A DNA stretch of 64,000 nucleotides. It comes from Octopus vulgaris. Lineage: Eukaryota. A program made the position numbers and the translations under genes. The notes below the pieces were generated by a model. The model saw nothing but the letters and a program-made list of their open reading frames with translations. It had not been told where the DNA came from and made no database searches. Below are positions 13,770-27,529 of the stretch, in pieces (the stretch's first letter is position 1; every line of letters begins with the position of its first letter). Where the stretch lies: NCBI GenBank assembly GCA_951406725.2, contig OX597825.1, positions 65,782,001-65,846,000 on the forward strand, in the 5' to 3' direction.

Positions 13770-14105
13770 TAAAGACGACGAGATGACAGACTCTTAGCGG
13801 CATTTCGTCCGACTTCACGTTCTGAGTTCAAATTCCGCGCAGGTGGATTTTACCTTTCATCCTTTAGGGGTCGATAAAATAAGTTCAATGTAATCAGCTA
13901 TCCGCCTTCACCCAAAAAATTTCATGCTTTGAGCCTATAGCAGAAAGGATTATTATTATTATTATTATCATTATTATTTCTGCTGAGTTCGACTTTGCCT
14001 TTCATCCTTTCGGGATTGATAAATTAAGTACCAGTCTAAATCTGGGTTCGATGTAATCGCCTAGTGCCTGCCCCCACTATTTCAGGCCTATTGCCTTTAG
14101 TAAAA

Positions 14106-14110
<5 letters not shown>
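13770..14110 (+). mobile_element. Two SINE family B copies with (ATT)n tails
   Basis: Family B core twice, each followed by TAT repeats. Confidence 0.8.
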
Positions 14111-14155
<45 letters not shown>

Positions 14156-14484
14156 TACTACTACTATTATTATTATTATTGTTGTTGAGTCGGTCGTCTG
14201 CGGCTCTTTAAAAGTTATGCCTCGCGTCTATTAAAGAAATCAATACTCCAGCGTACCATTACGAGGCTTTATCAACGGATCCATTGATGTATAATAAAAT
14301 TATACGCAATCCTTCCTTTTGCTTTAAAAGGGAAAATTGATTTTTCGTTCATCTTTCTTCACTGGATTCGGTTATATCCATGTATATGTGCGTATTGCCT
14401 TTGCCTTTTTGGATTGTGAGACCTGGAATAGTAACAACATAACCACCACACACTCACGCACACGAACTCAAACACAAACATACA

Positions 14485-14516
<32 letters not shown>

Positions 14517-14851
14517 CGGACATATATATGCATACACATTGCTAACTACAATAATAACTAGAAAAGAAAGAATAATAATATACAATATGAAATATTTTTC
14601 GGATGTGTTTAATCCAGAAAAGCAAAGTACAAATCAACAAAAGAATTATATTTTACACTTCACATATATAGTATTAATTTAATTTAGAAGCAACAAGGCA
14701 CCAGTAAGCGAAACGGAAATCCTTTGCTTTCTATAACCTCTCCAAAATCCACAGAAGTGTATACATATACATACATATACATACAAATATATATATATAT
14801 ATATATGTACATACATCATATATGTATGTATATGAGTATGTGTGTATGTGT

Positions 14852-14897
<46 letters not shown>

Positions 14898-15076
14898 ACA
14901 AATTTGGACTTGTATGTACGTGTATGTATGTATATATATACACACACACATTTATATTATATATCTGTATGTATATATATATATATATGTATGTATATAT
15001 ATACATATTTGTATATATATATATATATACACACACACACATTTATATTATATATCTGTATGTATATATATATATG

Positions 15077-15188
<112 letters not shown>

Positions 15189-15391
15189 TTTATTCCTTTA
15201 TTAATTTGAGCCACGGATTTTTGCTAAGTTGCGATATATATATATACATATCTGTGTATGTGTGTTTGTGTATGTATATATATATGTATATGTGCGTGTG
15301 TGTGTGTGTGCGTGTGCGTGTGTGCGTATGAACATATATGTGTGTATATATCTCTGTGTGTACATATATATACGTATATATGTATATATGC

Positions 15392-15444
<53 letters not shown>

Positions 15445-15510
15445 TGTACGTATTCATGTATGCATATGTATACATATATATATCCATATATTATATAAAT
15501 ATATGTATAT

Positions 15511-15605
<95 letters not shown>

Positions 15606-16469
15606 TGTATATCGATTAGCTTTGTGTAGGGGCACAGCTATAAGCAAACACTACTCACACACATACACATACATACGTGGGCGTTGAGGCTGTTCATGTA
15701 CGTACAACCCTCATACAATATATATATGCGTATATGTTATAAGAATGTGTATGATTGAGAGGTCAAATAGGCTACCAAAATTTATTACTGCTTGCGAAAT
15801 ATTATGTTAATTTGTTTAACTTTATAATAATATATCTCATAAATGTAGTATTTATTTTGAGATATTTGTTTTGTCTTGTAGTATGTATCATTGAATATCT
15901 GCAAAGCGAAACCTATTCTTTTTCCCTCTAGGATTTTCCACAATGTGCGTGTGTACACCATAAAATGTGTTTTTGTGTGTCTATATGTGTGTGTGTGTGT
16001 AGTGGTAGTGGGGAAAGATCGAGAGGTGTGAGCTGTCCAAATGGAAATATATTCAAATGTATTCAAATTTGTAAATCTTTCAATGGGTATGAATTTTGTA
16101 TTGTTCCACATTGATAACAATATAGCGTGTAACGAAACGAAACATACGTACCGATTGTATTATGTAAGGTTTAAGATGCATAGCTATACAGAGTGACTCA
16201 CCAACGGTCCACGCCATGTCGCACACCACATATACGAAAAGATGTCATTGATTTTTATATATATATATATATAGGCATGTCTCTTTATAACATATGCAGA
16301 TATATAAGCATATATATACATATATGAATTTTGTATATATACACATATGTACACACACGTGTTTCAGTTATTCTACTGTTGCCATACATGTGCAAAATTG
16401 CTCAGTCTATTTCAGCCTTGCGTTCAGAATTTTATACCATCGCCCTCATGGATATCCTCAGGCAAAAAT

Positions 16470-16726
16470 GTTAGGTCGTCCGGGGAATTACACAGAATAA
16501 CATCTGAATATTCATTTTGAAAATATTGGTAACGATACCACCCATGATTTAAGGAAGAATATTGAAGAGCTGTGTCCCCTTGAAATCTAGACTTGCAGTT
16601 TCTGGGTTTCACCCAAGAGAGAGAAGGCGGAATTGTGGAACAATGCAGTTGGTCAAAGATCTGTACCGGTTTTAATGCCAACATTTTCTGCCAGTCCTTC
16701 CAGAAATTATATATGACTGTATATCA
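16470..16726 (-). pseudogene. Degenerate CR1 ORF2 3'-terminal fragment
   Basis: The frameshifted minus strand reads YTVIY..LEGLAENVGI...FKGTQLFNILP...SDVILCNSPDD, the segment that normally follows LERRRE in CR1 ORF2. Confidence 0.6.
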
Positions 16727-16844
16727 TCCCCTCCTTTATTCAGTGATAGATAGATAGATAGGTATGTACATACTCACACATACATATATATACACACATA
16801 CTCACACATATATATATATGTGCGTGTGTGTATATAGATATGTG

Positions 16845-16885
<41 letters not shown>

Positions 16886-16910
16886 ATAGATATGTGTATG
16901 TATATATATA

Positions 16911-16982
<72 letters not shown>

Positions 16983-16991
16983 TATATATAT

Positions 16992-17248
16992 CCAGTCGAG
17001 TGGGTGGCTGGATTCTTAAATGAGTCAGAACCAGAAATAAGGATAACTTGCTACCCGTATGGAGGACATTTATCCTCAGTTGTCTGTATTACTATTCCCA
17101 ACTGTGCTCTCCACACAGCCTCAAATTGGTGGCAGAACTTGAGGCAGCCCAGCGTCACTACACAAAAAATATTGACTCGGTGAAACAGATGAACTATAGA
17201 GAGAGGCTACAAGAACTGAAACTCTATTTCCTGGAGAGAAGGTGAGAA
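16992..17248 (+). pseudogene. Degenerate CR1 ORF2 fragment
   Basis: GWILK*...YYSQLCSPH...ELEAAQRHYTKNI...NYRERLQELKLYFLERR*E is homologous to the 25653 CR1 protein. Confidence 0.8.
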
Positions 17249-18154
17249 ATGTATATGTGTATTCTAATATATAAATCCCGTTCTGTCTGTCTGTTTTTTG
17301 GGGTTTTTTGAGCGCTTATAACTCGAGTATTGTTCATCCTATTGCTCTGAAGTTTTAAACCTGGATATATGAGAGAGCTGGGCGTTCCGTAAACTAAATA
17401 GATTTTCAAAATTGTCAGTTTCAAAGTGAGAATTGCTATTTTGTAATCTTTTTGTCCTGTTTCTTCAGCCATCCTGTTCGTTGACCGACGTTCTAAACAA
17501 TTCATTACTACGTTTTCATATTTAAATGACAAATATATGTAAATAAGGCTTGTTATTTGTAAATACAGTCTCATTTTTATTTAAATATTAGACCACGAAC
17601 AACTGTACTCATTTCTGCGTTTTTACAAGTTTGTAAGCGGCTAAAAAATTTGATATCACTCTAACTTTAATTGATTGTAATCAACCACGAGCATTTCCGG
17701 TCGAATGTGTCCTTACGGCTGTTTTTCGTGCATTAAACCCGCTGACATGAAAAACTACTAGGGAAAGGCAGTTACTTTAAGTGAACAAAAAAGTGAAAAT
17801 AAAGCAAATAAATAACTGGTGATTACTCAATTTTCTGAAGATATTCTCAACAAAATTCAGTTGAAAGTAGAAAAGAGTAATTGATTGCTTATAAAAAGTA
17901 AAAATTTTGTGGGGTTACATCTAAAACCATACCTAACGTTCTCGTTCAACTTAAAAAAATAAGCGGTATTGTTCAATTTTTGAGATAAAATTGATTTGCA
18001 AAGATATGCCTTATGTTATTTTATTACACGTACTATTAAGTCTGTACGTGCATGTGTGTGTATGTGTGGTCGTGCGCATATTTATATGTTAGTGTGCGTG
18101 ACTTCATCCATGTGTGTGTGTGCGTGTGGAAGGGCTTGCATATGTGTGTGTATA

Positions 18155-18228
<74 letters not shown>

Positions 18229-18231
<3 letters not shown>

Positions 18232-18813
18232 CAGCGAGCTAGCAGAAATGTTAGCACGCCGGGCGAAATGCATAGCCGTATTTCGTCTGAGTTCAAATTC
18301 CGCCGGGGTCGACTTTGCCTTTCATCTTTCCGAGGTCGATAAATTAAGTACCAATTACGCACTGGGGTTGATATAATCGACTTAATCCGCCTGTCTGTCC
18401 TTGTTTGTCCCCTCTGTGTTTAGCCTCTTGTGTGTAGTAAAGAAATAGGTATTTCGTCTGCCGTTACGTTCTGAGTTCAAATTCCGCCGAGGTCAACTTT
18501 GCCTTTCATCCTTTCGGGGTCGATAAATTAAGTACCTTTTGCGCACTGGGGTCGATGTAATCGACTTAATCCGTTTGTCTCTCCTTGTTTGTCCTCTCTG
18601 TGTTTAGCCCCTTGTGGGTAGAAATAGAAATAGGTATTTCGTCTGCCGCTACGTTCTGATTTCAAATTCCGCCGAGGTCAACTCTGCCTTTCATCCTTTC
18701 AGGGTCGATAAATTAAGTACCTTTTACGCACTGGGGTCGATGTAATCGACTTAATTCCTTTGTCTGTCCCTGTTTGTCCTCTCTATGTTTAGCCCCTTGT
18801 GGGCAATAAAGAA

Positions 18814-18815
<2 letters not shown>
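18229..18815 (+). mobile_element. SINE family B with three tandem ~184-bp body units
   Basis: One head, then units starting GTATTTCGTCTG at about 18279, 18449 and 18634. Confidence 0.9.
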
Positions 18816-18885
<70 letters not shown>

Positions 18886-19215
18886 GTGTAGATGTGTGTG
18901 CGTGCGTGTGCAGTGGTCTCACCACGCTACATTGCATGTGTACACATTAGTTGAAAAACAAACATTTTACACTCTTTCATCAATTTATGAAAAATTAAAA
19001 ATATACAAATAAATCAAGCAAATAAATAAATAAATAGCAAGAATTTAGAGATGAAAGGTATTCGCTCTCCAGCTCTCCAGCTCTCCGGCAGAGAAATATT
19101 AATAAATACGTTTGTAAAAATAATCTTGTTTGTTATTATTTTTACTTCTCACTGCGAACCGAAACTATATCAACCATTGCGGCTGCTTTGATTTTGCTAC
19201 AACTTGTATTTAGTT

Positions 19216-19233
19216 TATTATTATTATTATTAC

Positions 19234-19302
<69 letters not shown>

Positions 19303-19373
19303 CATCATCATCATCATTAATATTATTATTATTATCATTATTATTATTATTATTATTATTATTAACATCATCA

Positions 19374-19419
<46 letters not shown>

Positions 19420-19437
19420 CATCATCATCATCATTAA

Positions 19438-19479
<42 letters not shown>

Positions 19480-19487
19480 CATCATCA

Positions 19488-19548
<61 letters not shown>

Positions 19549-19564
19549 CATCATCATCATCATA

Positions 19565-19599
<35 letters not shown>

Positions 19600-19610
19600 C
19601 ATCATCATCA

Positions 19611-19662
<52 letters not shown>

Positions 19663-19673
19663 CATCATCATCA

Positions 19674-19732
<59 letters not shown>

Positions 19733-19837
19733 GTTATTATCATTATCATTATTATTATTATCATTATTATTATTATCATCATCATTATATCATTATTATT
19801 ATTATTATTATATTTATTATTATTATTATTATTATTA

Positions 19838-19899
<62 letters not shown>
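19216..19899. repeat. (TAT)n/(CAT)n compound microsatellite with higher-order periodicity
   Basis: Recurrent TACTATCATCATCATCAT blocks. Confidence 0.95.
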
Positions 19900-20316
19900 T
19901 TGTTCTGCAATAATAAAATTGTTGTTTGTTTGTTTGTATTTTGTGTTTGTTTTATATATGTATTTGTTTGCTTATTTTTGATTTTTGTTGTTTGTTTGTT
20001 TGTTTTTGTTTTTTTTTTCTTCTCTGCAGATTTCTTTGTGAGGTGCACATGTGAAATGCATTCGAGCAAAAAATTTACTGGAGAAACTAAATAGAAGTAA
20101 ACATATTTCTATATCTGTTTTGACAAGACAGACATAGCCAACGGGTGAGTCTTTGACAGCTGTCCAAAGTGAGTAGTGAAGCGAAACGAAGATTTATTTA
20201 TTTATTTTTTTTTTTTTGCCTTCGTTTTTACTAACTTACTACATCTCACTAAAGGCAGTGTTACAAGTCCTGAATCACTCCAGACAGTAAAACAACGATT
20301 TAAGATAGATATACAA

Positions 20317-20750
20317 GCGTGGCTGTGTGATAAGAAGTCTGCTTACCAACTACATCGTTCCGGGATCAATCCTACTGTGTGGCACCTTGGGCAAGTGTGT
20401 TGCATTATAGCCTCGGGCTGAGCAAAAACTGGTGAGTGGATTTGGTAACCGGAAATTGAAAGAAGCCCGACGTGTATACACACATATATAAATGTGTGTG
20501 TGCGTGTATGTGTGTTTGTATGCGTGTGTCTTTGTGCATGTGTCCATTCCTCACTTGACAACCGTTATTCGTGTATCCACGTCTCGTATCATTGCGGTTC
20601 GACAAATGAACGCGATAGAATATGTACCAGGCTTAACAAAAAAATAATTATAATTACTAAAGGTTGATAAGTTCGACTAAAAATTCTTCAAGGCGGTGCC
20701 CCAGTATGGCCGCAGTCTAATAACTGAAACAAGCAAAAGATAAAAGATAA
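20317..20750 (+). mobile_element. SINE family A
   Basis: Diverged full-length copy. Confidence 0.85.
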
Positions 20751-21019
20751 AAAAAAACATACATAGCGTATTCCCCACCCTCGTTTTCCATGATATATTT
20801 GTTTGTTTTTTAATGTTTTTATTTTTATATTTTGTCAAGTTTTTATATTTGAAACTTGTTTTGTTGGAGGCGATATTGAATTTCCATAGCTTCCATGATT
20901 TCAACTGAAATAAGGCACGTTATCATCGTTTATCAACTTGTTCCTCCTCTCACTCATTCGCTATTTTTTCTCATTTTCTCCATTTACTATTCATACACAA
21001 TGATATATAGATGCATATA

Positions 21020-21290
21020 TATATATAATATAAAATTCGTGTGTGTGTCTTCTAGGATCTCGGGCATCCCCTCCATCCGATTGCGCTCAAATTTGATATG
21101 TAGATACCGACGGTATCAGGGTTTGTATAACCTTTGAAAAAATTACAAAAATCGATTCTAGGTGAGAATGCGATCGATAAAGCCGTGGGAACGTGCATCT
21201 GTACGCGCAAGTACATCAGCTGTTGCGATCGATACTACGCGTAGGCGAGAAAAATGCACGGTGTCTCAAATTTAGGTTAAATCAGTGTTT
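21020..21290 (+). mobile_element. Probable Helitron-like 5' remnant
   Basis: TATATAATATAAAATTCGTGTGTGTG...ATCCGATTGCGCTCAAATTTG resembles non-autonomous Helitron 5' regions. No 3' CTAG/hairpin was found. Confidence 0.4.
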
Positions 21291-21401
21291 CTCAAAGGGG
21301 AGGCCTATGAGGCGATCGGACAAGTTGTTTTGAGAAAATTTGGTTTAAATGTTTGACAACTCAGCACCGTCCATTGGATGGGGGGCGTTTTGCTCACATA
21401 T

Positions 21402-21481
<80 letters not shown>

Positions 21482-21496
21482 TGAGATAGATGGATG

Positions 21497-21600
<104 letters not shown>

Positions 21601-21862
21601 TTTGCATAAACCACACACACACACACGCACACACATATACATATATAACAGGAGAAACATGGCGGAATAACAGATTATTTTATGAACGTCATGATGTGAA
21701 CTTCATGTTTGAGGTTCTGATGAAACTCTAAGGTGTTACTCAGGCGTTCAAATATAAGGCCACCTCCATCTTATAGTGGAAACGGGTGTAAGGTAACTAG
21801 CTTCGTAAGATAATCGGTTATTTATATATCATCTCTTTTCTTATTACCGTTATTAACCCGAC

Positions 21863-22247
21863 AGTGGAGGTGCAATGGCCCAGTGGTTAGGGCAGCGAAC
21901 TCACGGTCGTAGGATCGTGGTTTCGATTCCCAGACCGGGCGTTGTGAGTGTTTATTGAGCGAAAACACCTAAAAGCTCCACGAGGCTCCGGCAGGAGATG
22001 GTGGTGATCCCTGCTGTACTCTTTCACCACAACTTTCTCTCACTCTTACTTCCTGTTTCTGTTGTACCTGTATTTCAAGGGGCCGGCCTTGTCACTCTCT
22101 GTGTCACGCTGAATATCCCCGAGAACTACGTTAAGGGTACACGTGTCTGTGGAGTGCTCAGCCACTTACACGTTAATTTCACGAGCAGGCTGTTCCGTGG
22201 ATCGGATCAACCGGAACCCTCGTCGTCGTAACCGACGGAGTGCTTCC
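21863..22247 (+). mobile_element. Full-length tRNA-derived SINE (family C) with 11-bp TSD
   Basis: A/B boxes; TSD ATTAACCCGAC at 21852-21862 and 22248-22258. Confidence 0.92.
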
Positions 22248-22311
22248 ATTAACCCGACTAACGCTTTTTTCAGATGCTTCATAAATTGAGTCCTACATCA
22301 GGTTAGTAGTA

Positions 22312-23339
22312 TCGCTTGCTTTCTTCCAAAATACTTAATGCTCTTAGTTTAAATTTTTGGGGCCAGCCAGATTTGAACAGACTCAAGTGTAACCGCCCGA
22401 AACTGTAAGGATAATCTGGAAACTTGACTGAGGGGAGAAGGCTACGAATGGCCTGTCCTTGTTTTGTCCTGTCCGTATTTCTCTCGTCTATCTGTCCTAA
22501 TGTTTTATTGTCATCTGCTGCATTCTTGTTCCATTTTTTTAATTCATATATACATATAGTGGCGTACGTACACTTTTGCCCACCTTATATATCGTTTTTA
22601 TTCCTCCTTTTATTCCTCCTCGTAATTTCTTCTTTTCTCTTCCTTCTTTCTTCTTCTCGCTCCCCCTCTCTCACATATCTTGGCCTTCTCTCTCGTTAAT
22701 CTATTTTTCATCGTTTATGTCCCTTGTACCTTTTCTATGTTCCTTTGATTTTTTTCTCTCTTTCTCGCCCTCCCCCTAATTCTTCAAACCCTCTGCTCCC
22801 AACTCTCTCCTTTCCTTCCACGTGACCGGTGTTCGGCTAATTATGATCTTTCTTTCTTGGATCGACTGCCAGACATAAAGCATCTGTTATTCCTGTCTCC
22901 TGGCTTTCATCTCTGATGTTCATCTATGTTCCTGCCTCAAAGCTTTCACTCCACACACGCCAGCTCAATTTCTTTCATCTCTGTTAGTCGAAAGACACCT
23001 GTTATTATTTTTTGTTGTTTGTATTTGTAATTGAGTAACATTTTCTCCGTTTTCTTTTTTCAGTTTTTGTTTTGCATTTTTGCTTTTTTGTCTTTGTTGT
23101 AAACATTCGCTTACTTTCTCCCAAAATATTTAATGCTCTTAGCTTAGATTTTTGGGACGAACCAGATTTGAACATCTCAAGCATAACCGGCCGAAACTGT
23201 AAGGATAATGTGGAAATTTGACTGAGGAGAGAAAGCCATGAATGGCCTGTCTCTGTTTTGTCCTTTTGTTGTTTTTCCAGTCCGTCTTCGTGTAGTCTAT
23301 CTGTCCGGATGTTTTCTTGTCTATTGCGTTCTTGTTCCA
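22312..23339 (+). repeat. Diverged ~225-bp direct repeat pair
   Basis: 22312-22533 vs 23107-23339 (TTAATGCTCTTAG...CCAGATTTGAACA...CCGAAACTGTAAGGATAAT...GAATGGCCTGTC); each is followed by TA repeats. Confidence 0.85.
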
Positions 23340-23380
<41 letters not shown>

Positions 23381-23467
23381 ATGTATGTATATGTGTATGT
23401 ATGTATGTACCTATGTATGTATGCATGTATGTATGTATACATGCATGTATGTATGCATGTATGTGTG

Positions 23468-23505
<38 letters not shown>

Positions 23506-23527
23506 TTATTATGTATATATATATATG

Positions 23528-23577
<50 letters not shown>

Positions 23578-23589
23578 AAGAGAGAGAGA

Positions 23590-23790
23590 GGCAAATCGAA
23601 AATTAAAAATAACAATAACAACATAACAAAAGTCAAAAGGACGTACACGTGCATTGTAATAGCTTGACGTTTAGTATAAGATGTAAAAAACAAAAAAGTG
23701 GTTTATAACGTTTCGAGCATGGCTCTTCGTCAGAAAGAGGAGAGAGGAAACGTCCAGAGAAGGAAAAAATGTCCAAGGAAAGCACATGTG
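23590..23790 (-). mobile_element. PLE-like pLTR remnant
   Basis: Contains the 23702 hammerhead; adjacent to TA/GA repeats. Confidence 0.5.
23702..23737 (-). ncRNA. Minimal hammerhead motif, intact core, weak stem I
   Basis: cttt-CTGACGA-A-GAGC(cat)GCTC-GAAA-CG-TT-ataaa. Confidence 0.6.
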
Positions 23791-24136
23791 TCAGGAAGAA
23801 GAAAAGAAGAAAAGAGAACTGCAGTGAAGTGATATAGATAGATAGATAGATAGGGATACCGACAGACAGTCAGACAGACAAACAGACGGAGACATTAAAA
23901 AAAGACTGACATACAGACAGACGTACAAGCGGACAGACAGACCAACAGACAGACAGACAGATTGATAGATAGATGAATATTTATGTATATGCATTTATAT
24001 GTACAGGCATATATGTACTTAGGTCTATCATAAATATATTCATTCAGCTTCATAGTTACTTAAGTGACTCAAGTGCCAAGAGCTTACTGCATTGTACACG
24101 CGCGCACTCATACACACACATGCACACGCGCACGCA

Positions 24137-24218
<82 letters not shown>

Positions 24219-24355
24219 TAACATCTGCACGGAAAAGACTGACATCAGAATGATGAAGATGAGTAAGCCGAAACTTCAATTTCACAATCAGAATTTTTTT
24301 TAGCTATAAATGTTAATAACACTGCACTCTACCAAAAAATAAATAATTAATAATA

Positions 24356-24429
<74 letters not shown>

Positions 24430-24641
24430 TAATAATAATAATAATATTGAGTAATCCTTCATTTAAATGTAAGTTGCTTTTATGTATAACTTGGCATAAA
24501 AACAAGCATTAAAACATTAATAATATATGTGTATGCGTGAATGTACATTGTGTATAGTGAACTGGTCCGTTATTGGTGAGATCAACAGAAACAAAAAACC
24601 ACTCCATCCAAAAGTATGCATTTAAAAATCTTGTGAATTTT

Positions 24642-25045
24642 TATCCTTTACTTGTTTCAGTCATCATTAGTCTGCGGCAATGCTGGGGTACCGCCTTCAA
24701 GAATTTTAGTCAAACTAATCATCCCTAGTATCTATTTTGTCTTTAAGTCTGGTATTTAATCTATCGGGGTTATTTTGTCGAATCGCTAAGTAAGTTACGG
24801 GTACGAAAACACACCAGCACATATGCATACACACAAATACACACACGCAAACACATACACGAACATATACATATATAGATAAAGGACAAGCTTCTCCCAG
24901 TTCCCGTGCACCAAATTCACTCACAAGGATTTGGTCGGTTCGAAGGCATAGTAGAAGGCATTTGCTCAAGGTACCACGCAGTGCCACCAAATCCGGAACC
25001 GTGTGGTTGGGGAGCAAAATTCTTACAACACAGCCATACTTGCAC
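24642..25045 (-). mobile_element. SINE family A
   Basis: Diverged full-length copy. Confidence 0.8.
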
Positions 25046-25322
25046 CTTTCACACACACGCACACACACATACACACACATGTAAAGCAATGAATAGCTTA
25101 TGACGAAACCATGGTATGCTTTGTTTTCTAACTTTTTAATCATCTAATAATAATGACTTTTATGACTTTTATTACTACCTCAGTCCGTCTAAATGTATAC
25201 ATCTGTCGTTACCTTTCATAAAAAGCCTTTTCTTTTTTTATTTACAATGTGCATTCTCGTTGATTTTTCTTATTTTCCCCTTACATTTCCACGTGTATTT
25301 TATATTTTCTTTTTGTAACATA

Positions 25323-25652
<330 letters not shown>

Positions 25653-25656
<4 letters not shown>

Positions 25657-26316
25657 TCAGAACTTTCCAGTCGAGAGATATCCACACCATTATCCTTCTC
25701 TTCTCCACTTTTGCCCGACCCCACCTTGAATACTGTTGTCCACTGTGGTCTCCCCACACAATACAAGGTATCATAAAAGTTGAAGCACCTCAAAGGGCAA
25801 TCACAAAAAAGATAGATGGCATGACAGGCCTCGACTATTGGGGTCGGCTAGAAAAGCTAAAACTCTATTCTCTCCAACGTCGTCGTGAGCGCTACATCAT
25901 CTGCATGATGTGGAAAATATTCCATCAGCATTGCCCAAATGATGTTGGCATCACCTTTAAGGTACATCCAAGGCTTGGGCCCCGTGCCATCCGCCCAAAA
26001 CAAAAATCGCACTCTCATCTCATAACAACAATACGGCACAATTATTTCACCTCAATTGGCCCCGCTCTCTTTAACATTACACCAAAACACATTAAAACAG
26101 AAACTGACCCTATAGGGTTCAAGAAGTCTTTGGACAGATTCCTTCAAGAAATCCCGGATAAACCCCCTACACCTGGATATGTCTCTGTAAACAATAACTC
26201 TCTACTTGAGTGGGCCATAGTGCCCAAATTCTGACTTGAAAGACTTCACCAGGTGGTGCTATTAAGTTAGACATGGCCTGGGCCAATAATGGCCGAAACC
26301 TATCAAAGTATCAAAG
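25653..26316 (+). mobile_element. 5'-truncated CR1-clade LINE (ORF2 C-terminus + 3' UTR) in (TA)n
   Basis: [14 protein letters not shown]...QRAITKKI...[19 protein letters not shown]...LFN...FKKSLDRFL...PD is open to the stop at 26234. The 3' end has a GGCC-AATAAT-GGCC hairpin and an 8-bp terminal repeat (TATCAAAG)x2. Confidence 0.9.
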
Positions 26317-26352
<36 letters not shown>

Positions 26353-26744
26353 TATGTACATTAAATTAATAATTATGTATATATGTATATAATTATAGAG
26401 CAAGGGCGAAAAGCGACCTATCTCCCACATGCTCGAAAACGCCGAGGCACTCAGATACTACAGAAAATCTCCAAAATATACACAGATTGTAGTCGGGCGA
26501 TTGAATAAATATTAAAAGAATTCACGTTAATCGTGAATTGGATTCAATTTCTAGATTATGGTCATAAAAACAAGCGTTTTTCCTTCGTCAGCATAATACA
26601 CAAGAAATATAAATACGAGTAATTATACATACTCGCACAAAGCAGATTCGCATGTTTACTTACAAATATTTGCACGTGTAGATCAAAGATAAGTCAGATT
26701 TATATCGTTTCACGACAAACACGTGGATATTATCAAAATATCTC

Positions 26745-27055
26745 CGTGGATTCGGTAGATAGGTACTAACAGAAGGACGTGGATTCGGTAGATAGATACT
26801 AAAAGAAGTCCATCGTGTGTGTGTGTGTGTGTGTGTGTGTGAGTGTGTGTGTGTGTGTGCTTGCTTGTCCAACACCACACTTGACAGGAGTGTTGGTATA
26901 TTTACGTCTCCTATCTTAGCAGTTCGGCAAAAGAGACCGATAGAATAAGTACCAGACTTTAAAAGACGTACCAGGGTTGATTCATTCGACTCAAAATCCT
27001 TCAATGGTGGTGCCCCGGCATTGCAGGAGTCTAATGACTGAAACATATAAAAGAT
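26745..27055 (+). mobile_element. SINE family A, 5'-truncated, with 33-bp internal tandem duplication
   Basis: CGTGGATTCGGTAGATAG occurs twice, followed by the family A 3' half. Confidence 0.8.
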
Positions 27056-27056
27056 C

Positions 27057-27160
<104 letters not shown>

Positions 27161-27441
27161 GTTTCTTTATTGGCCACACAGGGCTGCACACAGATGGGAC
27201 AAGTTACAAGGTAGAGTTTTTCTTTTGGGGGATGAAAAAAACAAAAAAAACAACAAAAGAAAAAAAAGGGGTGGCGTAGGTTTTCGATCAAGAGGGATCG
27301 TAAAAGGGAAGAAAAAAACAACAAAAAAATAAATAAATAAAATAAAAAAAGAATAAAAAGCGAAAAAAAAAGAAAAGGAAAAGGAACAAAAGAAAAGAGA
27401 AATGAAAAAAGAAGAAAAAAGGGGAAAAAAGGGGAAGAGGA

Positions 27442-27444
<3 letters not shown>
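27161..27444 (-). mobile_element. 3'-UTR-only copy of the same GATA-embedded LINE
   Basis: GTTTCTTTATTGGCCACACAGGGCTGCACACAGAT...TTACAAGGTAGAG is near-identical to 44347-44410. (GATA)n lies on both sides. Confidence 0.8.

Positions 27445-27529
<85 letters not shown>

Noticed and set aside
18279-18815. Regularly spaced repeats as a CRISPR array
   Set aside because: Contiguous SINE units without unique spacers; no cas genes; eukaryotic context.
21865-21940. tRNA gene
   Set aside because: The tRNA-like head continues into a SINE body with a TSD, with no complete acceptor stem or terminator.
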